Of a stretch of DNA of 64,000 bases, positions 48,331 to 61,521 are shown in pieces. The position numbers and the translations under genes were made by a program. The DNA comes from Octopus sinensis (lineage: Eukaryota): contig NC_043002.1 in the NCBI RefSeq assembly GCF_006345805.1, positions 40,238,001 through 40,302,000 on the forward strand, written 5' to 3'. Under the pieces are notes generated by a model. The model was not told the DNA's origin. It did not search any database and saw nothing but the letters and a program-made list of their open reading frames with translations. The number at the start of each line of letters is the position of its first letter. Within the stretch, counting starts at the first letter, position 1.

Positions 48331-50975
48331 ATGGTATTGACTAACTCCTCCTCAATCTTGTGCCTAAATCAGAGTCAATTATTAGTCAAAACTAATTGAC
48401 TGCTTGAGTAATTGTTTGCTCAATCAATCAGTTGGTTTGTCAGAGACCTTTCATCAAGAGGTGATCTCTCAATGAGAAGAGCTTGTAACTCCAGGTGAAT
48501 CTCATCTCTGCTTTTATTAGCATACTTACACTACTTTAGTGTGTGTGATGGATATATTCTATGTTATGTTTGGTGTCTTTGTGAGCAAGTTATGTAACTA
48601 TGCTGATGAGGAATTAGGTTTTTTTTTGTTTTATAACTGTGTATGCCTTGAATTAGCTTTGATATCTCAAGAAAATGAACACCAATGCACAAATGTACTT
48701 ATTCTCATATATATACATCCACATATGTAAAGTCATCTACATACATGTATTTAAAGACATTCATTCACAAATATACTTGCACAGACCACATTTGACTACA
48801 CAGAACACACTTGTTTATATAGTGGTGCCAGAGAACACACATCCAGGGTTAGATGGAAGTGTTTGTGTCATTGCTAATTCTTCATTATCTTATGTTTATA
48901 AATCCAGTTTCATTTAAGTATATATATATAACCTATGTGCAGTCTGTCATGTGCTTATACAGATTGCCATATAAGTGTATATATGTAAGGATAAGTTTGT
49001 GGATACTCACAAATACACTAAACAGGGGACTGTCCCACTCCCCATATATGCATTCACCAAAAGCATAAATATACTCCCAAGAGACATGCAAAACAAATAC
49101 AAAAATGAAATTATGCAATATCTTATATCAAAAGTTGACAATCCTGAGTATTCCCCTTGGCTGTTCACAATAGCTCAGAACAGGGAACTGAGTACACTCA
49201 ATATTTGATATAATAAAATATCTATTCACTACTCAACCCACTGGGTTTAATATCAGACATTTGCACTTTGTAAAGTATATTTTAGATACAAATTTATATA
49301 TACATAATTGACAAAAGAATTTCAAAACTTTTGAGAGAACATAAAACAAGCTTCTTTTTGAACAGTGGATCTTGAAGCACATGTAAAAGCTATTATAAAA
49401 GATAACATGCAGATATTAGGTTAAAAATTGAACCCCTTCGACTTTTTTTGTAGCCATAAGTTATTTGCAAAAGATATTTATAGGTTTGTATGCTTTGAAA
49501 TTCAGTAGTCCTTTTACATATATATTTACAATGTAGATTTTTTTCCCTTTTAGTTGTAGGACTAAACATGTAAATTGTTTTAATATTTTTTAAGCAGCAT
49601 AATAATTTTGTAGATATAAAGCCTATGTAAGGAAAGAATTTTGCACTTGAGCCTCTACTGAAAAGGTAGAATCAAAACATGCACAGGTAAAAATGCAGGC
49701 CAAAGACTGAAGACGAGTTTCTGTAAAGCCATCTTGTTAATTTCTCATGTCAGTTTTGTGAAGATCTGCTTTCAAAAAATTACTTTAATTAACCATACTT
49801 TCATGTTCAAAAAGAATGTTTCTCTTGATAGATGTGATGAACTGAAAGAAATACATTTTAAATCTACTATTTACATATATGAATATCAGGGGTGGTAGGA
49901 AGTTAGTGACAAGCAGTATTACTGATCTAGATTCTTATGCCTTGTGGCTGTAACCTTGCAATGGAATGGGCTCTAAAAATTGCTTTTTAAGTTAGCCTTG
50001 ACCAAGAAAACCAATAAAGGAATTTCAGCTATCATCATTTGGTCTTCAAGATATAGTTTATCCAAGACATTATCTTTGACAGCCCTATTTTCTATTTTTA
50101 TGACAGTGGTGTTTGATTTGAAGGGAACTTGCTATTTCTAATAAGACAAGCAAACACACAAGCTGAACACAATGTCTCCTCCATTTGTGGCTCAATGACA
50201 GCAAATGCTATGGGGATACTTCAGTTTACACATACACAAAGTATAAATAACACTTCTGATCCATCCATGTCTTCTCATATTGTCTTCCACCTCACTCTGT
50301 ACTAACCACTTTTTTCAACTTTCCTCCAGATCAGCCTTTTTGAACTCCACCCCACTTCTGTTTGAAATGTACAAATTGAACAACTAACTTATTCTTCCCT
50401 CAAAAAATTCAAACAAATAAATTATAGCTAAGGGAATGAAACATTTTCAAGGTGTATTTCATCCATGTTCAGAAGTAGTCCAACATACTTGTATGGTAAT
50501 TATGTATGTGTATACACACACAGCAATGCACCTACAACTTTAACTGTAAAAGCTTTCCTAAGAATTTATTAATTAGAAAAGAGTCTTCCGGGGCCTTTTT
50601 TTTTTTTTAATTGGCTGTTCAACTGTAAATCAGATAATTTCAAATTTAAGATCTAAATAATCAAAACAATATTGGAATTAGGAAGAAAGGGAACATTACA
50701 TGGAACTACTTGGAAGCAAACAAACTAGAAATCTCGTAGATAAGATCCTAGAAAAAGGTATTTTAATAATCTGAAAGTCAAAAGTTTAAAACAATTTTTT
50801 GGGGTCATAATTTAAAATTCTGAAAATGGAAGTTTTTTGTTGATGGATGAGAAGTTAAAACTGTTTACAGTGTCTTCTCTCAAGCTAAAACAGTTGATTC
50901 AACTGGCTCAGTAAATAATTTATACCCAAATCAAAAAAATATATTAATACTTTAACCTGTAGCAGGAATATGTTC

Positions 50976-52473
50976 TTTATTGTAACAAACCAATGAAAGA
51001 AAATGCATTGAAAACAATTTATTAAACAGCAAGAACCACAAAAACAATTTAATTAATGAAGAAATTATTTAATAATTTTTTTTTGCATCAAAAGTAACTC
51101 GTTCATAAAATTCAGATTTTCAGAGATATACCATAAAGAAAAAACTGAAGAATAGACCAAAGGAAAGTGAATAGGTAATAAAAAAATATTAAAAACAAAT
51201 TTTTTCTTTTTTAGTTAATGGCAGCCAGAAAGGAGCTAAATTAAGCCAAGATATATTTATAAAATTATTGAAGGTCCTAGAAATTGGCAACAGAGAATTA
51301 GCACAATTTGCATTATTTACAAAGTATAGCAATAAACTAAAAGAAATCTTTTCCTTTCTTTAAACTAAAACTATTCTCAAAGCACAATATACTGCTTTAA
51401 AAACAGATAAGGCCAAGCTGGGATAAACTTCATTCTAAATAAGTCATATCTAAGAGACAGAAAAAAAATAATAATCCCCCCAAAAAAAGACTTACAAAGG
51501 ATTCTAATATAGGACGAAATGGACAAAGCCTGTGGCTCATTTTGATTCAAACCAATTTCTTTATTCATGAATTTGCTGTACACGAGCAACAACAATCCCT
51601 CATTTCCCTTTGATTCTCAACCCCATTTTTTATAAACTTGACTAATCAAAAGCCAAGGAAGTCATGCAACCTGTCATTCAATTCTATATTTTGTGTTATG
51701 TCAAATCTTGGCAGGTTTTAATTACATATTCATACTGGAGGCAGCTGCTGCTGGGTTAAAAAAATTTTTTTTTTATTACTTCTCATTACAGGCCTTCCAG
51801 GCATACATTAATTATTATTTTTAATGAATTTATGACATTGGTTGAACCTCATACATGAGTGTTTGTGTATGCATGTATTATGTGTCGTGCAAATATGTGT
51901 GTGTGTGTGTATGTCATATGCAAATGTATGCATGCATGATTATGTAAAATGTGTGCAATTGAAGGCACACAAGGTTCGAAAACCATTATACAAATTTCAT
52001 TGTTGTTCTATGATTCCACCATAGTTTCAGTTTATTTTATCTGTGAAAAATTGTCAGCCTAAATTAATATATATATATGTATATATATATACATACATAC
52101 ACACATATATATACATACACACATACATAAGGATTTATAACAAATTTGCTCACTTTCAAATGGGGCTTTTATTTTCATTTCCGAGAGAAAGAAATAATTC
52201 CTTTAAAGATAAAGATATTAAGAATAAATATAATTGTTAGTGGATGCATAATAACTATAGAAACTTTTTTTTTGTTAAGTTGATGTTTAAGTATTGCAAG
52301 ATATATCTGTACAAAAATCAGAATTGTTGAGACTAAGCCAAGGGTTACATGGGATGTTGCATATAAAGCATTTATTTAGTGTTCATTTTAAAGTTAGGAA
52401 AACTTCAGAAAAATTTTAGGACAAATTTTTGTCTAAAAGAAAGACTGTGTGTGATGTGTATAAACATACACAC

Positions 52474-52512
<39 letters not shown>

Positions 52513-52973
52513 ACACATGCGGGCACACACAATTCAAAAAATTTCTAGGGACCTCACTTTCAACCAAAGATTCTGTGCATGGAAATAGGATAAAATTTTA
52601 ATAAAACAAACTGTTAACTAATCTCTTGCTGAACCAATAATTGTTTTACCACTTTCATATGGCAACAGTTTTCCTTCTATATTATATATATATGCATAAT
52701 TCAATTTTTTAATACACACGCATATATATATTTATGCAGGAATATGTATAATATATATATGTGTATATATATGCACACACACACACGCAGATTCATACAC
52801 TCACACAGATGTACATTCACATAACACATGTTCACACACTAAACAAGTGTGTGTGTGGTTAATGTTTGAGAGGTCAGCAACAGCAGCAGCAGCTGTCCCT
52901 CGGAATGGTCAGAATGGCCCACCCACAAGGCTAGAGCACATCAAACCGAGCCCTTTTTCTGTTATAAGGTTCT
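50976..52973 (-). other. RAB7: Putative ~2-kb Rab7 3'UTR
   Basis: Unique AU-rich sequence after the stop; minus-strand AATAAA at 51018-51023 and 50976-50981; the end point is inferred. Confidence 0.45.
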
Positions 52974-53192
52974 TTAACAGCCACATCCTTCTCGAGGTTT
53001 GTTCTGATCACTTGTAATCTTAATCTGATCTGGAAATTCATTATACAGCTCCACTTCTGTTTCTTGGGCTAAAGCATTCTTTGCAACCGTTTGGAAAGCC
53101 TGTTCAACATTTATTGCTTCTTTTGCACTAGTTTCAAAATAAGGTATCTCTCCTTTGGTATGGCACCAACCTTGTGCTCTTTTTGCAGAAAC
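52974..53192 (-). CDS. RAB7: Rab7 last coding exon
   Basis: AG acceptor at 53193-53194; [72 protein letters not shown], with the ETSAK G5 box and CXC prenylation motif. Confidence 0.96.
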   Translation of the reverse strand, partial: VSAKRAQGWCHTKGEIPYFETSAKEAINVEQAFQTVAKNALAQETEVELYNEFPDQIKITSDQNKPREGCGC

Positions 53193-54068
53193 CTATCAAT
53201 TGAAACAAATTAATTTTATAAAAAATTTATTACAGAAAAATAACAAAACACTACATGAAAAACCAAAAAGGACTATTAAGAAAATATAAATGAACATTTA
53301 ACTTAAACATTATTATCTCTTTAAACAATAACTTATTAAAACTAATTTGATGTTAAAAAAAAATTGAAAGACAATATACATCAACAGATGTTTTGGAAGC
53401 TATTTTTAGCTGTTAGTGTGCAAATTAATCTCTCAATAAGATGTAAAAAGGCAATAGATATTCCTTCTCACAACACAACTCAATTTTGGTTGCTTCCGAG
53501 GCTGTTTCAGATTCTTTTTCCAGTTGACATCACCCTGTTGGATATTTATGAGTGGATAAAAATGACAAAGATCTACATTTTACTCAATATACTTCCATTG
53601 AAAATATTTGGCTGAACACATTGATGCATATGTAAACACATTCACTTTAGACACACACACACTACATGTTTTATTAATTCAAACAAATTCTAAATACTGG
53701 TACTTGAAAACACATGTCTGCATATTAATGAAGTTGTCAACTAGAAAAGAATCCATGGCCAGGTTCAATGCCATTAGCTAGCACCTAGGGTACCTTTAAC
53801 AAAGTCCACTCTGGTGCAAGCATTTGGAACAAGGTTTCCAGTTTGAGGATACAATCTATCTATCTTTCACACCAGTCTCAAAAACCCTGTAAAGAGTTAT
53901 AGACACAGCCTTTACCTCCTGACTCAAAGATTGAAAGAAAAACAAAAACTGATAATAACTATAAAAAAATAAAGACCTTCATAGAAAAATAATTATTAAT
54001 GTATAGCAGTGTATATGAACAATAATTGAGATATCTGCACTGATGATTAAAAGAAGAACATTACATAC

Positions 54069-54287
54069 CGCTCTGTTCTCTAAATCAATTTTGTTTCCTA
54101 TGACAACAAAAGGAAAATGCTCAGGGTCTCGAGGGCTAGCTTGTATGAGGAATTCATCCCTCCAACTGTCCAGTGATCTGAAAGTAGTTTGTGCTGTTAC
54201 ATCAAATACCAGCACACAGCAGTCTGCTCCTCGATAGAAAGCAACCCCAAGACTTTGAAAGCGCTCTTGACCAGCCGTGTCCCATAT
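54069..54287 (-). CDS. RAB7: Rab7 internal coding exon (219 bp)
   Basis: [62 protein letters not shown]; CAG acceptor, GTATGT donor, phase 0/0; Rab7-diagnostic sequence. Confidence 0.97.
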
Positions 54288-55329
54288 CTGCAAAGAATTT
54301 TTGTAGCATTAGATTATAAAACTATACAAAATACATATGCTTAATTATTATTTTGAGCTTGACCAAAATTGAATCAAGTTAATACTTCAATTCGACTACT
54401 TAAAATTTTTTGACAAAAATGCACATGGACTTTAGTTTCTTTTGAAAAGATTGTAAATTTAAGAGGAACTGTTCTGATTAAGATATGGCAAGCAAGTCAT
54501 AACACAATCATAGTAATGATTTCTCACTGTCTTTTGTTAGTATGCCCCTGAAGACATCAAAAACGCTTGAGCTTGCATATATTTCTTTAAGTGTGTGTGT
54601 GTATATAAAAAATCAGGTTTGTGTTTTCTGTGAAATGGACTATTTTTTGATAAAACGAGAAGGGTGCAAGAGTGTTAGTGTGCAGGAAATGAAGTGACAT
54701 AGGGAGAGTGACTAATATCAGAGACGAGGAGAAAAGAGTTGTGTAAGTGACAAATATGGAGTGGCAGTGGGATGATAACATTAATACAGTGGTCATTCAA
54801 GGATATACATGTAATGTTGCATACATACTTTCACAAATACATAGATACTTACACACACAACTTTTAAAAAACTTTTCGAGGAAAGGAAAGAAAGGTGGGC
54901 GAGTAATACGTAGCCTTAAAGAGAGAGGGGTTGGTACGTTGACAATAATTGTTCACAGGCAGCATTTCTGTTCATACACACACATGTCTACAATACACCA
55001 TTTTAAACTCATGATTACCTGTGTGTACATTTGTAAATGTGTGTGTGGTCTTCTTTGTTGCTGTCATATATTGTGAAATTTTAAAATTAAGTCAAAATTT
55101 TCAAATTTGGTATACTGGAATAATTTTCTGTGTTAAATCAAATTTTTATTTATTTGTTCTAGAAAATGTTACAGAGGTTTAAAGTTTAATCAATTTTAGC
55201 AAATCACAAAAAAGAGGGTTTGGAAGTTGGCATTTTCTGCACAACAGCTGTCTATCACAAAAAGAAAGCCAAAAAAATTACGAGGAAGATTTTTTATTAA
55301 ACAAAATGCAAGCAAAGCATTACAACCAA

Positions 55330-56065
55330 AGTTGAAACTCCATAAGATGTACCCAGTGAAAGCTATGGAAGCATAAGAGGTGCAGCAACATCAAAGGAAA
55401 ATTAACCGAGAAGATAGCTTTCGTGTGTGGCAGATGCACAGGGACGATAGACACGACAGATACTCAGAAAACTGATTCCATCACACTCCAGGGGAAGAAA
55501 CTAGAAGTAGTTGATAGTTTCCGCTACCTAGGTGACTACGTTAGTAGTGGAGGTGGATGTGCAGAGAGTGTCACCACTAGAATACGAATAGCCTGGGCAA
55601 AGTTTAGAAAGCTTCTACCCCTACTGGTGACAAAGGGTCTCTCACTCAGAGTGAAAGGTAGATTGTACGACGCATGTGTGCAAACTACCATGCTTCACGG
55701 TAGTGAAACATGGGCTGTGATTGCAGAAGACATGCGTAAGCTTGAAAGAAATGAAACTAGCAAGATCCACTGGATGTGTAATGTCAGTGTGCACACACAA
55801 CAGTGTAAGCGCCCTGAGAGGAATGCTGGACATAAGAAGCACTGGATGTGGCATGCAAGAGAGACGTTTGCGCTGGTATGGTCATGTACTACGGATGAAT
55901 GAGGAGAGATGTGTGAAGAAGTACCACTCCAAAACAGTTGAAAGAATCTGGGGTAGAGGTAGACCCAGGAAGACATGGGATGAGGTGGTTAAGCATGACC
56001 TTTGAAAGTTGGGTCTCGCAGAGGCAATGACAAAAGACCGAGATCTCTGGAGATATGCTGTGACT
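55330..56065 (+). mobile_element. RTE fragment (PHD to C-terminus) in the Rab7 intron
   Basis: ORF track 55423..55902 (VCGRC..KLEVVDSFRYLGD..HGSETW) and 55721..56005. Confidence 0.9.
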
Positions 56066-56263
56066 GCAAAGATGTTTTATGTGACACATTCTACCAGTGT
56101 CCAAAGTTTGAAAGTGTTTAGTTACAAAAAAATAATTTCTCAATCTGCCGTTCAAAGGGTAATGATCCCAAAAATTTATATAAGACATTCTTTTGTAAGA
56201 CTTGCTTGGAAATGACAGGCTATTCAGCTAGTGTGTGTATGTATATATATATATATATATATA

Positions 56264-57425
56264 CACAGGTGCATGAGGTATTTGAGGACATACCTTTTTG
56301 CTCATTCTGTATAATCTTTGTTTCAGAAAATAATAATGGCAGACGCTAAGCTTGGTCAAGAAATGAAGAGGCATGGTGTTATTATGGTTATAAACACTGG
56401 GCAAAAAAATTTAGAAATATCTCGATTTCAAAAGTTGCCAGATCTGTTGTCTACAAAGTATGTAAGGAGCTAGAGACTGAAGATGGAAACATATCACCAG
56501 TATCAACGCATAAAAAGCATTCTGAATGCTCTGAAATCACCAGAACACCTGAATTTATCCAGTAAGTCCAACAGAACATTGATTACAATCCCAGAAAGTC
56601 CATGAGGTGTCAGAAGGAACAGTCAGAAATGTCCCCAAAGACATCAGATGTAAGTCTTGTCAGAAACAGCAAAGGAAAATCACATCATATCTAAAAGGCT
56701 CTTAAACAAACTGAAAAATCCAGCAGATTTGATATGGTTTTTCTCAAATGAGAACTTTGACCAATATCAAAAAGTTAACAGAAGAAATGACAGATGGTTA
56801 TGTGCAGAGAAGCTCCAAGTGTTATGCATACAAAATTTCCTGCACCAGTCATGGTTTTAGGGGTTGTAAGTAATGAAGGACAAGTGACACCTCCTTACTT
56901 CTTTCCACAAGGCCTTAGAGTTAACTCTGCCACCTGCATTGAGGTCCTAGAAATAATTGTTTAACCCTGGACAGACACTGTATGCAATGGAAGGCCATAT
57001 GCATTTCAGTAAGACTTTGCACTATCACACATGACTCTAGTAACACAGGAGTGGATGACTGAAAATTTTCATGATCACATACCCCTAACATTTGGCCTCC
57101 TAATTCCCCAGATCTCAATCTACTGGACTATTACATGTGGAGCATTGTTGAGAGAGAAGTCAATGAACATGTCCATAACACCAAAGATTCTTTTAAAGCT
57201 ATCATAGAGTAATGTTCAAAATGAACCAAAGCCACTTGATTGAAGCATGTAGATGATTTAGATCTCAAATAGAAACAGTTGTTCAAGTTGGAGGTGTCTT
57301 TATTGAATGACATAATAGGAAAAAAGGCTTATTTTTATCCTCACATTTTTTGATAAATAAAGTTATCTGTTAGTATGTCTTTTTATAAGTATAAATATGT
57401 CCTCAAATATCTTACGCACCCTGTA
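56264..57425 (+). mobile_element. Degenerate Tc1/mariner-superfamily transposon, probably maT/DD37D type, with both TIRs
   Basis: ~28-bp TIRs CA.GGTGC.T.AG.TATTTGAGGACATA at 56264-56292 and 57396-57423, TA flanks; transposase remnants WFFS.E..F.Q.Q..NRRNDRWL, KFPAPVMVLGVVSNEG and a WPPNSPDLN.LDY-like motif. Confidence 0.8.
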
Positions 57426-57464
57426 AATATATAAAATCAGGTTTTTGTGTTTTTCTGTGTGTTG

Positions 57465-57690
57465 AGCATATTGGGTTGACAAAGTAATTTTGGTTTTTTA
57501 GTGTGAAATAAGGCTTTTTTTTCTTCATACAAAGACTGAACTTTAATCAATTATATATTTTCCATTTTGTTCGATGACCTTTTGCCATGTTTCTTGTAAC
57601 TTCATGATTCTGTGCTCATTGAATTTCTATTCCTTATCAGCCAAAAATTGAATCAAGTGCAATTTCAGGTCATTACTGAAAGTTTTACCA
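57465..57690 (-). mobile_element. Mariner terminal fragment
   Basis: TATTGGGTTGACAAAGTAAT TIR-like end with mariner C-terminal-like sequence on the minus strand. Confidence 0.5.
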
Positions 57691-57883
57691 TTCAAAAATT
57701 ATAAATATATATGTGTGTGTGTGTATACATATGTATAATGGATAATTTTGAAATGAAAAAGCTGGCATATTTATTTACTGCTGACAAGGAACTGCGCTTG
57801 CGCAGCAGATTTGAAAAATTAGAATGTATCAGCATGGGGCATATACTGGATAGCCCCATGTATATATATTTAATCTAGGTGTA

Positions 57884-57952
57884 CCAGCTGAAGAAGACTT
57901 CGCCTAGCAAATTATTTTATTTGCTAAAAAATTCTGAAACCATTGGTCCAGG
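57884..57952 (+). ncRNA. Type I hammerhead ribozyme-like motif (solo)
   Basis: CCAG CTGAAGA AGA[..TAGCAAAT/ATTTGCTA hairpin..]TCT GAAAC CATTG GTC CAGG: complete core, 3-bp stem III, GUC triplet; stem I has one A-A mismatch. Confidence 0.6.
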
Positions 57953-58084
57953 AGTTAGATGGTAAATGTTTTTATTTTTCATTCCCTTCGAAATTTTATC
58001 CCTAATAGTGATTTAGAATTTAACCGTCCTCTCTAGCATGCAGGTAGTCCTATGATGGATACCTCTTACGTGTTTAAATGTACA

Positions 58085-58115
<31 letters not shown>

Positions 58116-61100
58116 CGTACATATGAATATACACATGGGTGTAGCTGCTATAAGAGAAGTATGAAAGATGAGAAATTACTGAAAGGCTAATTGGCAGTCA
58201 TATGGGTAATCTATAACTGCAGTTGTGAATAAAATCAAATACTTTCCACTATTTTGAAGATGTCTGAGAGGTGTATTTATAAACAGTTATCTTTCAGCCA
58301 GTTCTAGTTCGGCAGCATTAAAACATTTTTTAATGAAATCTAAATTGTGTCATTATCAAATATCACAAGAGAGAGTTTTAAAAAAGCCGTCAGTATCAGT
58401 TTCTTACATAGGTACATGGTAATAACATTTGTATAGTAAATTGATCTGATAAGACAGTGAATCAGAGGAAATGAAAGTATTGCCTTACAGTGTTTAATTA
58501 TAACCCTTTGTGGATCTTTTGTTTGGCTGCCACTTTTCAATTTCTTTAATTTTGTTCCAATTGATTTCAAATTTGGAGTGCTGATGTAGTTTTGTATGGT
58601 AATTGACATGAAATTCATTTTCACCATAAATCAATAAAGAATTAATAGCTTTTAAAGTCTGCAAATTTTGGGTAATTTTAGCCAATCGAAAGCCACAGAC
58701 ATATAGGTGTCTGTTTCCTTAGTAACAAGCCAAACATTGGCATAAAATGTGTTTTACAAAATATTTCATTTGTTTAGCTTGTTTTTTCTGCTCTCAAAAC
58801 TAAAAAACATGGTGTGTAGTAATTTTTTGCTCATAAAATGCATAAAACACATGCTATCGTTGCAATGTTTTGATGTCTTATTTATGATTGCAGTCATGCA
58901 CAAAATGACAGCGTCCAAATCTTGTTTTCTGATTAGGTAAAAATGATCAAACCATAAACTTCTATTTTTTATTTTTATTTTTCTGGAATAAGTGAATTAG
59001 GCCCTGAGATTCATTGTGAGAAATTACATCAATACATCAAATTTGAAAATTTACACTTAATTTTAAAATGGTGCAGCCAACAGAAAAGACCTCACCTTGT
59101 CATTAAATATATTGTTCAGTTAAAAGAAATTTAATGAAAACAAAACAAAAAGAGGGCCAGATCCTAGATAGTTGATGTTCAAAACAAAAATCTTTCCATA
59201 ATGTTGACTATTATTCAACAAGTGTACTTTTACAGCTAATATCAGTAAAGTTCAAAGGTCACTCTTGAAATGGCTCCCCACTCCACATAAACATAGAATA
59301 CAAAAACCTGGAATTATTAACCTTCAGTGGTCCAAGTAATCGCACTTAAATTTTGAATGAAGCAGCAAACATGAAAAAAGCCCCAATTTTTTTTTCTTCT
59401 TCTAAGAGATGCAATAACCATATTAAAATTTATGCTTCATGACTAATTAATTCCAATAATAAAATTATTCTGGAGAGCCTTTCTGATTTAGACCAGAATG
59501 CATTGACTACATACCACAGTTTAATTTAAAACAAAGTCTCAAATTGTCAGCTTAGAAACAGTGTATAAACCAAACAAAAGGCTAATAAGGAAATATAAAA
59601 AATTGCAAATAAAAAAAGATCAAATTTGAACACACAAAATAAGGAACAGCTTTTCTTCCAAGCAGATTTAAAAGATTTCTATCACTACATAATGCACACA
59701 TGTATTTATGTAACATTTAACATCTGCCTCCCATAAAATAGCATGGCTTGGATAGTTTGACAGGCCCTGACAAGTCAAGACAACTGCTCTGTGCTACGAT
59801 GCCATTTCCAATTGCCAACCATATTACAAAGTGTACTGATGCTTTTTTTTTTTTTTTTGTGTCACCAGCACTTGTGAGGTCATCATGTCACTCACAAAAC
59901 TAAAGAAATCCCTTACCTAAGTGGAAGTATAGAATAGAAGAACAGGTTTTTGCAAAGTGGTGAGACATTAAAGCATAAAAGAAGAGACAGGAATAGATTT
60001 TTTTGGTGAAGAGAAGATACATGGCTACCTCACATTGTAGAAGGGTGGGTGAGAGTAATTGGAGTGGTGCTGGAAAGAGATGATGGTAAAGAAGTGTCCA
60101 TCCTCAAGGAACAAGGAGATGAACAGAAGAGAGAGTGTGGGTGAAAGATGGTCTGTGACAGGAGTAAGGGTGAAGTTATATTGATTGTCCAATGAAGAAA
60201 TTAAATCACTATAAGAATAAGTTTCTATGATAATGGTGTGGACAAGGATTATATGTTGTTCACACCAGAGATTGCATCACTTAAGATTGTTTACTATGAC
60301 ATGCAAAATAATGAAATGTACTTTCTGTTTATACATATATACTTCTGCATGAAGATATACTTAAAATTTTGTTTCAATAACCCCTTATAATAGGTAAAAA
60401 TACAAAAGTGTTCTATCTATGACCATCGGGTCAATATAACATTTAATATATATTCTTGGACTGCTGCCATGCTGGAGCATCACCTTGAGTATAGTTACTT
60501 CCAGTACTTTAAGTCTGCTATGTATTTTATCAATTCTAATTTGCTGAACTGTTAAATTATGGGCCAAACAGACACAAATATACATAAAGGACAGGCTTCT
60601 TTCCATTTTCTATGATTTCATTCACAAGGCATTGGTTGACCCAGGGCTGTAGTATCAGACACTTGCCCATGAACTCAAAGAGGGATCAAACTTGAAGCCA
60701 TGTAGTTGAGAAGGGAACATTTTAACCATTAAGTGATTCCTGCATCTATTTATTTATAAACACACACACACATATATTAGAAGAGGGACTCGGGAAGGAA
60801 TGGAATGAAGTATTGAAGGCTGATCTCAAAATGCTGAACCTTATGAAGGAGATGACAGAGGGCCAAGATATGTGGTGCATCACTGTACTGAAGACCCACC
60901 CACAACAGAATTTAGATCCTAAAACTAAGGTGTCACATAAAAAGCACTGGTGATGGTGCCATGTAAAAAATACCCAGTCCACATTAGGAAGGGCATCCAA
61001 TAATAGAAACCAAACCAAAACAGGCAATGGGAGTTGTTTGGCCCCTGGCCTTGACAGTTCCTGTCAAGCCATCCAACCCATGCCAACATGGAAAACAAAT

Positions 61101-61485
61101 GATTATATATGTTAAATAAGTTATGCAATCTGCATAAAGAAATATCTCCTTTCATCTTAATAGATTAAATGATATATATTGCACAATTTTTTTTTTTTAA
61201 ATTAAAAAACAATTACCAGATCCCGAATGTCTGATGTTCAGGACGAAAATCCATTCTTAATGTGGCATTTATAGAGTATGTTTACTTTTATAAGATATCA
61301 TTAAAATCCAAAGATCACTTTCAAAATTGTTATTTCTGTATAGGATTTGTGAACTTATCAAATATATTTTATACAGCAATTATAACAAATTTGACAAAAC
61401 TCCAGTGCATATTATACACAAGATCAATACTTGCAATTCATGGCCAACAATTAGTGGTGCATATACAGAGAGAGAGAGAGTGTGT

Positions 61486-61521
<36 letters not shown>

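Noticed and set aside
53979-54293. 104-aa ORF starting MQIWDTAG as a complete small GTPase
   Set aside because: The Met-Gln and the tail after ENRA are intronic; the true exon is 54069-54287
61225-61256. GAATG-T-CTGATGT-TCAGGAC-GAAA-ATC-CATTC hammerhead-like string
   Set aside because: Core is CUGAUGU rather than CUGANGA, stem II is unpaired and stem III is absent; at most a deleted relic
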